Source: Schizochytrium sp. TIO01 (lineage: Eukaryota > Protista > Bigyra: Labyrinthulomycetes). Taken from it: a stretch of DNA of 64,000 nucleotides. The DNA lies in NCBI GenBank assembly GCA_004764695.1, contig SMSO01000035.1, positions 248,001 through 312,000 of the forward strand, read 5' to 3'. Below are positions 57,137 through 64,000 of this stretch, in pieces. The notes under the pieces were generated by a model that was not told the DNA's origin, ran no database searches, and saw only the letters and a program-made list of their open reading frames with translations. How positions within the stretch are numbered: the stretch's first letter is position 1; each line of letters starts with the position of its first letter. A program made the position numbers and the translations under genes.

Positions 57137-58956
57137 GACTACGAACTAAATCTGGTGTCACACATGGTGAGTGTAGCGCTACCTTGTATCATATCAATCA
57201 TGAAAGAGTGAAGTCAACGTCTAAACAGAATCATGACGATATTGAGATGATCCAGCTCGCTGGTCTCTTCAATGCCAAGATAAAAGATGAAGTTTGCGAG
57301 GTTGGTGATAATGCAGCTGTCAAGTGAGTTGGTGAAAAGAATAGTATTACCTTTTTAGCGTTGTGTTCTCTTTTACAGCTTCAAGTTCTTTCCTTTCCCG
57401 CGCGCACCTACATCAAACTTCTCTCTTTCTTTCCCGGTTTCTTCATTTTAAATGTATAGTCTATTTAGTTTAAAGTTAGTCTCGATTCCAAGGCTTATTT
57501 CGCTTTTTTTGTTCGACACATGACATCTTGCACATGCACTCCGCTCTGCAATTAACTTTTTATGGATTTATCATGAGCTCCTATTTCTTGCACACGGTCA
57601 TAGGGAAGCGGGGGCGACAAGAGAGCGCAGCACCTTAGAGACTGAAGAAATATTACAAGCCTAAATCGCGATTCGTCTTCAAGTTGTCTTGTGAGCAAGT
57701 CAAGTACCTTTTCGTCACTCTGTTTCAAGTTTGGACACATGACGAAAAAGCTGAATCATTTTTAATGAGTGTCTTGAATTCTCACTTTACTTTGATATTC
57801 AGCCCTCTGCTCTCTTTTGTCATACGCACGCTGATGGAGCGGTGGTACACTCTTCCGCTTGAGCTTTAGTAGATTTTAATTAGAAAGCGATAGTACTCAC
57901 TTCTTGTGGTGTTAAGATCCACGTATTTTCGAGCGCTCAGAATATTTCTTGCTATGTTGACGAACTCATTGAGCAGCTTTTAGTTGGCATCTCCGTCATT
58001 GAAGCCGACCCTCCTCCTTCTTACCTTGAATCTGCTTATCATCATGATACTTAAAAGGTCTGAATGTAGTGGTGTCAGTGGGCGAGAATTCGTTTTTATT
58101 CTCGATACTGAGTTGTGTTGTTGCTTCATGTTTAATTTCTTCTTTTAAGACAATCTTGCGAATGCTATGATAGGGGCAATTGCAATGTTCTCACGAAGAA
58201 TATAGTCCTAGTCATAGCCGTGACGGTTAATGACGCTACCTTCAACTCCTTCGCTCGCATTGGCTTTTGTTTGGACTTCGACGCCTATCCATACAATTTT
58301 CATATGCGTGGTTATGGGAGTTAGTGAATATGTCTATAGCCATTTTGATTATTTTTGGAGAGGTCAATGTCGCGGGCACCAATAACTCAGGTATAAACTG
58401 TTATGGATAGACTCTGCTCTAGCCTTGAAATACCCTGAAAAGCGATGGAAATAGAAAAGGCACGGAAATGAAATGAAATGAAATAGTAGGTACCAGGTAG
58501 TATCTAGGTAGGACGTTATTTATAACAAAGGACAAAATACAAATTCCGTTCGCACGGCCTGGAGCGCTTTCTTTTACAAACCGAGTTTATTGTATGCAAA
58601 CGCTATTTTAAGGATGCACTCCTCCCTGCAAGATGCTCGTGATAGGATTGAGTCCTCGTTTCTGCTGTATGTAGGTACCTAGTAGATTATGGCCGTGAAA
58701 GTGTAAATTTGGGTCACTTTATACCCACCTATCGAACTATCTGAAGTCAGTGGAGTTCTTGATTCGTTCGTTCGTTCAATCCCGATCTTTTATTTGTTTT
58801 GCGGTACAAAGCCATGGCAATGCGCAAATCATCAAGGTAGCAGCCAAGCTTTGAGGTTGCGCAATCCACACCTCGACCTGGCGTCGATATTTCGACTGGG
58901 CTGGGCGAAGGCCTACTTGTTTTGCGTTGTTTGGGAGGCGAGCAGCTTGATTCCTG

Positions 58957-61461
58957 ATGGCAAGGAACATGGGGCTTGCAGTACTTCTGCAGCTCGTGGT
59001 GTTGCTCATAGTAGCAACTGGTGGCTTCAGTGCTGTTGCGGAGCAGACTTCATCAATCTGTAGTGGACCTCGTTTTCCGAATGATATTGTTCGTGAGAAC
59101 TGTCTTCAAGGATCACCTTCCTCCGAATGGGATGTTAACGGTGCCGGTGATGTAGAAATCCAAGGTTTTGCTGTCCCGTTCGGCGTCTCTCCTGGTGGTA
59201 CAGTGTATTTCAAGGTCAAGAGTGTTTCCGACAAGTATAGAGTAGATATCTACAGACTTGGTTATTATAAAGGTCTCGGAGCTCGACTTGTGGGCAGCGT
59301 TCGACCGCATGTTAACCTTCCCCAAGAACAGCCGGAATGCTTCAGAGACAACAACACGCACATGTACGATTGTGGCACATGGCACGTCAGTGCCCGCTGG
59401 GACGTCCCAGCCAATGTCACATCTGGCATGTATGTGGGCCGCCTGACGCGGGAAGACGACTTGCCTCCAAACCCAGTTGGAGCAGGCTGGCGCACTGATT
59501 ACTCTCAGGAGGGCCTTGACATAATGTTTGCTCGCCCTCGTGCCGATCTGGAGCCTGATGATCCATCTGAGCTGAAGAGTAGTTATGGCCAGCAGAAACG
59601 TGCTCGAGGCGAGAAGAATCTTCACACGGCTCTACGCGAGCCTCGCGCAAGTCATATTTACTTTGTGGTAAGGAACTTGGACTCCAAAGCTGAGGTCTTG
59701 TTCCAAACCTCAGATACTACTTGGCAAGCTTACAATCGCTACGGTGGTACTTCGTTATACGGATCCTACAGGGAGGGGTTCCCAAAGCCACGCACCTATG
59801 TTGCAAGCTACAATAGACCATTTGAAAACCGCGCTTATCGCGCTGTTAACCTTGTCTTTGCCAATGAATATCCCGCAATTCGCTTCTTCGAAAGGAATGG
59901 TTTTGACCTGGCATACATGTCAGGTCTAGACGTTCACCGATTCGGAGAGAAAATCACGCAGCACAAAGTTTACCTTTCTGTTGGCCACGACGAGTATTGG
60001 TCTCTTCAGCAGCGGCGCCATGTTGAGGCCGCACGAGATGCTGGAGTGCATATGATGTTTCTAAGCGGCAATGAGGCATTTTGGGGAATCCGCTGGGAAA
60101 GCACTCCGACCTATACGTCAGGAAAAGCAAGCGTGGAATTGCGGAACGAAATGGACAATATTGCACTTGAGGAACCTAGGTCTATGGTGTGTTACAAGGA
60201 GACTCAGGATATTCAAAAGATTGATCCACATCCAACATTGTGGACGGGAACCTTCCGCGATTCTCGCCCAATTAATCCGCAAGGAAGTCTGCCAGAGAAT
60301 TCTTTGACTGGCCAGATATTTACAGTAAATGCTTGGCGGAATGATGTTCTTACAGTGCCTCGCCGATTTGCGCGTCTTCCAATTTGGTCTAACGCACACG
60401 CAGTGACAAAGCTCTTGGATGAACCACCTTTGCGCCTTGCTTCGGACTACACCTACCTAGGAACCCAACCTGTGATCGGTCGCGGATGGGTAGAGCCTTG
60501 GTCTATCCTTAAACAGGGTCTTTTAGGTCACGAGTGGGATGAAGATCTGGACAATGGCTATCGTCCTTCAGGAATGATTCGAATGAGTGAGACTCATGCG
60601 GACAATGTTCAGTATATTCAGGATTCAGGCGCAACTTATGACACTGGTTCTGCAACACATCGGCTTACATTTTATCGAGCAGGGTTCTCACAGCAGCGAG
60701 AGCAACAGCCGTCGAACGGAAAAGAAAACGAGTGTGATTCAATTAGCGGTTCTGAGTTCAATAACTCTTCTGCCATTGTTTTCGGTGCTGGAACGGTACA
60801 ATGGACTTGGGGTTTAGACCCAATGCGTGATGATGAGAGCGCGCTAATCTCGCAGGTTCAGAACTCCTATGACACTCGAGTAGGGCTCGATCTTGCTGGT
60901 CCTGACCGGGCAGTTCAACAAGCAACCATTAATATTTTCAGCCTCATGGGTGTTCAACCAGCTACGATGGAAAATGGCTTAATGCCAGGGCCAGCCCAGC
61001 CGAAACTTACGGACGAGTGGCTCACTGGCGTGAGTTGCGAGGTCACCGAATTTGCACCAAGTAGTCCAACCACAAGAGGAATTGTGGAAACACCTGGTCA
61101 AGGCCGGGTCGTACGAGTTCGTGTGAATGCGCCGATGGGGATCCTCATTGCAGGAGTTGAAGTTCGAGGTTTTGAAGATGATGATTCAAGCTACGGAAGT
61201 GAGGAGAGCAATTTATCCAGTCCAGAAGACGATGTATCGTGGTGGCGGGCCGGAAGTCATGACTTGGCCTATTTTGCACAGTTAATGTCGACTGCGGACT
61301 TATCAACGATGATAGCGTTCGATTTGGACCCATCTTGGGGTCGCCGCTGGACCGTCGCATGGTTGGCCAAATCATCGCCCCGAAAATTTGCTTGCCGCGT
61401 AACTAACGAGCACCTGCAAACTTCGCCCGCCTTTTACACGTCTTTACCATCCCTGAGTTAA
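58957..61461 (+). CDS. Secreted N,N-dimethylformamidase beta-subunit-like (DUF6605-type) protein
   Basis: Signal peptide; IVRENCLQG..WDVNGAGD.EIQGF, YRVDIYRLGYY.G.GAR, FQTSDTTWQAYNRYGG.SLY, SYNRPF, LSVGHDEYWS, FLSGNE.FW and VFGAGTVQWTWGLD motifs of the bacterial family; intronless. Confidence 0.8.
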   Translation: MARNMGLAVLLQLVVLLIVATGGFSAVAEQTSSICSGPRFPNDIVRENCLQGSPSSEWDVNGAGDVEIQGFAVPFGVSPGGTVYFKVKSVSDKYRVDIYRLGYYKGLGARLVGSVRPHVNLPQEQPECFRDNNTHMYDCGTWHVSARWDVPANVTSGMYVGRLTREDDLPPNPVGAGWRTDYSQEGLDIMFARPRADLEPDDPSELKSSYGQQKRARGEKNLHTALREPRASHIYFVVRNLDSKAEVLFQTSDTTWQAYNRYGGTSLYGSYREGFPKPRTYVASYNRPFENRAYRAVNLVFANEYPAIRFFERNGFDLAYMSGLDVHRFGEKITQHKVYLSVGHDEYWSLQQRRHVEAARDAGVHMMFLSGNEAFWGIRWESTPTYTSGKASVELRNEMDNIALEEPRSMVCYKETQDIQKIDPHPTLWTGTFRDSRPINPQGSLPENSLTGQIFTVNAWRNDVLTVPRRFARLPIWSNAHAVTKLLDEPPLRLASDYTYLGTQPVIGRGWVEPWSILKQGLLGHEWDEDLDNGYRPSGMIRMSETHADNVQYIQDSGATYDTGSATHRLTFYRAGFSQQREQQPSNGKENECDSISGSEFNNSSAIVFGAGTVQWTWGLDPMRDDESALISQVQNSYDTRVGLDLAGPDRAVQQATINIFSLMGVQPATMENGLMPGPAQPKLTDEWLTGVSCEVTEFAPSSPTTRGIVETPGQGRVVRVRVNAPMGILIAGVEVRGFEDDDSSYGSEESNLSSPEDDVSWWRAGSHDLAYFAQLMSTADLSTMIAFDLDPSWGRRWTVAWLAKSSPRKFACRVTNEHLQTSPAFYTSLPSLS

Positions 61462-63199
61462 TAGCAGGGCGCCTGAGTGTTACAACTTTTGCACTTAGAA
61501 GTACCCTTCCAAGTTTTCTTTAAATCATTCAAATCACAGCAGCGGATGATAAAATCTGTAACCAACCTGTTTAGGCGCCATTTGAAAAAGGATCTTATTT
61601 GGTGGTCCACAGTAGGTCTATGATTAAAGGGGAACAGGAATAATAAAAATTAAAAAATAAAGTACAGCATTTGCTTGAAGAACTGAAAACAACACAAGAA
61701 ACAGGAAGAAGAGGTTATTGCTGGCGAATTTCTTCGTTGCTGCAGTATATATGGTCTTGTCGGAAAAGGCATACGATTGCAAAGTTTTGTTGAGACTATA
61801 ATAGTCAAGGGCGAAAGTTCACCACCCCGTGTGGTACTGGGAGTTGGTTTTGATAGAAACAGGACAAAGGTTAAAGAGAAACACTGAGATAATAAGTGAT
61901 TCCCCTAGCCTGGAAGAGAGGTAGATAGAAGACGTCTTGGTACTCTGGTCTAGAGCGAATCCTCTGAGAAAGTAGGACTCCATGGCAAGATGGAAAGTAC
62001 GAAATTACATGATTTATAATCTCTCTCGTCGTTAGATTTTCTTTGAAACCTTCGCTACCCAGATTTGGAGTTGCCGGGGCGCTCGGAAAGCTTAACTAGG
62101 CTGGTGTGTGGATGATGAGCATTGTTGAGACTCGAGAAACAGCAATTTCCTTTGAAACCTCTCGGGGTTCAAAGGCAATGTCCCGTAGGTGAACTTCGCA
62201 GCCTGTTACATTGCTCGCTACCTTTACAAGTAGACAATCACCATTTGTCATCTATAGAAAGAGAAATCGGGAAAGGGACTTCATTTTATTTTTTTTCCTA
62301 AAACATTAGTTTGCGCCAAGGGCAGACATTTTCAAGCACTTTCCAGATATCCAGGCTTGCTGTATGCTTGACAATCTCGGCAGACAATGATGAAATCTAA
62401 CTCGTTGAATTTGACGAATCTTACTTTTCCTAATACACACTTGAAAGACAAGTAAAACGAGCATCATTATATGGAATGAAATTGCAGCAAGACGAGAAAG
62501 AAAGAAAGAAAGAAAGAAAAATGGTACCTAGTACCTAATACGTAAGGAGAAAGAAAGAAAGACATTTTAAAAAAAGAAACGAAAAGAGTGAGAGGTAAGA
62601 GTTGACCAGACTGTCCGCCTTGCGTAGGTGCGACAACATTTGCGTGCCGTCATTGCATTAAAAACTATGAACTTAGGCTAATTGGAAGGTATAACAGTAG
62701 ATGAGCAAAATATGTGTTGGGCAACATTTGTGCGTTAAATCGGACCCAATATCTACTAACCTCTCATCATGAAAGGGATGTGCAATTGGACATAATTCGC
62801 ATGATGCGGAGTGATCTCGAATGCAAACCACTTTCTTTGTGAGCTCCGAGAAGGTTTGGTTGTTTGCGGGAATCCTGCATTGCAGACTCTACCTTGAGGG
62901 TCGCGCACGAACAGCACTACATACTAAACAACGTTGCGTGGAATATTGCGTACTACGGCTATATGTTTTAAAGAACGGGGTATCAAGGATAAGAACTACG
63001 TTACAGTATCTTGCTATCGCAGACACACAGTCTGCGTAAACTTCAAGCTGCAAACAAGCAAACCATATACAAAATTAGCCTGGAAATAAACTAAGGAAGG
63101 CAGCTTGTTCGGATCTGCAGCGCAGCATTTCACATTGTCCTCTCTCTACACATAAACTCTTTTCGATCGCATCATCAAGAATTGCAAGGATATCTGCCC

Positions 63200-64000
63200 A
63201 TGGCCCGAGGAGCACATAATGGTATTGCGGTGGCGACAGTGTTGTTATTGACCTTGCTTTCAAGGCCCGTCAGAGGTTCCTACATACTAGACGAACACGG
63301 CAATCAAACTTTGGCCTCATTTGAATCGCCAAGGTTTCAATTTAGCCCTGATGCAGAGGGACAGTTGGGGGTCTTAGTAGGATTTAATACTTCTTGGTGT
63401 GAAGATGACTGCACAAATTTGCCAGAAAACTTCACAATGCCATCTGAGCCAGCAATCATGCTCCTCAACAGTTTTAGCTCTACCTGCTTCTTTTGCGGAT
63501 ATGCTAAACTTGCACTTATGGCACAAGAACTTGGTGCCATCGGCCTTTTACGCATAAGCGATCGTGTTCCAGGTCACGAATCTCGTGTCATCCAAAACCA
63601 CGAATCATGGGACGAAGCTCGAGAGGCAGAAGCTTTAGCTATGGAATTTTCACGTGAAAAAAAGGAATTGCTTAAAGTGGGTTCCTATGTGGAGCTTTGG
63701 AGTACAACAAACCCGTGGGTTGAAATGTATAACTCAGGATGGATCGCTGTGCAAGTACTCACAGGAGGAGCTAACCTGTTTGTTTCTTGTTGGGGAATAA
63801 TGAGACTTTTATCATTAAAGACAGCGACTCGTTTTCACAATGCAATCCTTTGCATTGCCCTGGAGGTAGTTGCTTCCTTGCTTCGAACCTTTTATTGCGC
63901 AACTGACCCAACTTGGAGTCGTGGAATTTTGACTTACTCTCAAGGGCGCTTCTTCATGACAATCAGTATTCCAGTGAGCTGGCTAGGCTCTACTGTTCTC
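63200..64000 (+). CDS. Signal-peptide + extracellular domain + multi-TM membrane protein, 3'-truncated by the window end (not in ORF track)
   Basis: Open frame of 267 codons from ATG 63200: MARGAHNGIAVATVLLLTLLSRPVRG, a PA-domain-like segment (CFFCGYAKLALMAQELGAIGLL), NPW, then hydrophobic helices (WIAVQVLTGGANLFVSCWGI; AILCIALEVVASLLRTFYC; FFMTISIPVSWLG). Confidence 0.72.
   Translation, partial: MARGAHNGIAVATVLLLTLLSRPVRGSYILDEHGNQTLASFESPRFQFSPDAEGQLGVLVGFNTSWCEDDCTNLPENFTMPSEPAIMLLNSFSSTCFFCGYAKLALMAQELGAIGLLRISDRVPGHESRVIQNHESWDEAREAEALAMEFSREKKELLKVGSYVELWSTTNPWVEMYNSGWIAVQVLTGGANLFVSCWGIMRLLSLKTATRFHNAILCIALEVVASLLRTFYCATDPTWSRGILTYSQGRFFMTISIPVSWLGSTVL

Noticed and set aside
1-64000. 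CRISPR arrays, tRNA, rRNA, operon-like or biosynthetic cluster
   Set aside because: No spaced direct repeats, cloverleafs or rRNA motifs were seen, and neighbouring genes are functionally unrelated.

Overview
Eukaryotic nuclear DNA with intron-poor genes and many microsatellites. Gene content and style suggest a heterotrophic stramenopile, probably a thraustochytrid/labyrinthulomycete (inference only). About 15 protein genes are supported: an AP2-domain transcription factor, PDE12, sterol delta-7 reductase, an ATP-grasp ligase, a spliced selenoprotein W, cullin-4, PTGES2, a pseudokinase-calcineurin-EF-hand fusion, a two-exon tetraspanin-like gene, TANGO6/Rtp1, an EF-hand protein, a CCDC137-like gene, an Stc1-finger/OTU protease, a secreted bacterial-type N,N-dimethylformamidase-beta-like protein, and a membrane protein truncated by the window end. 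The selenoprotein W gene is absent from the ORF track: it has an in-frame UGA in CxxU, an intron and a 3'-UTR SECIS candidate. A ~19.7 kb gene-free interval (7.5-27.2 kb) holds microsatellites, decayed coding relics and a pair of collinear degenerate repeats. Three genes carry single-base frameshifts at short homopolymers, most likely assembly errors. No tRNA, rRNA or CRISPR array was recognised. All family assignments come from motifs recognised by eye; no searches were run.
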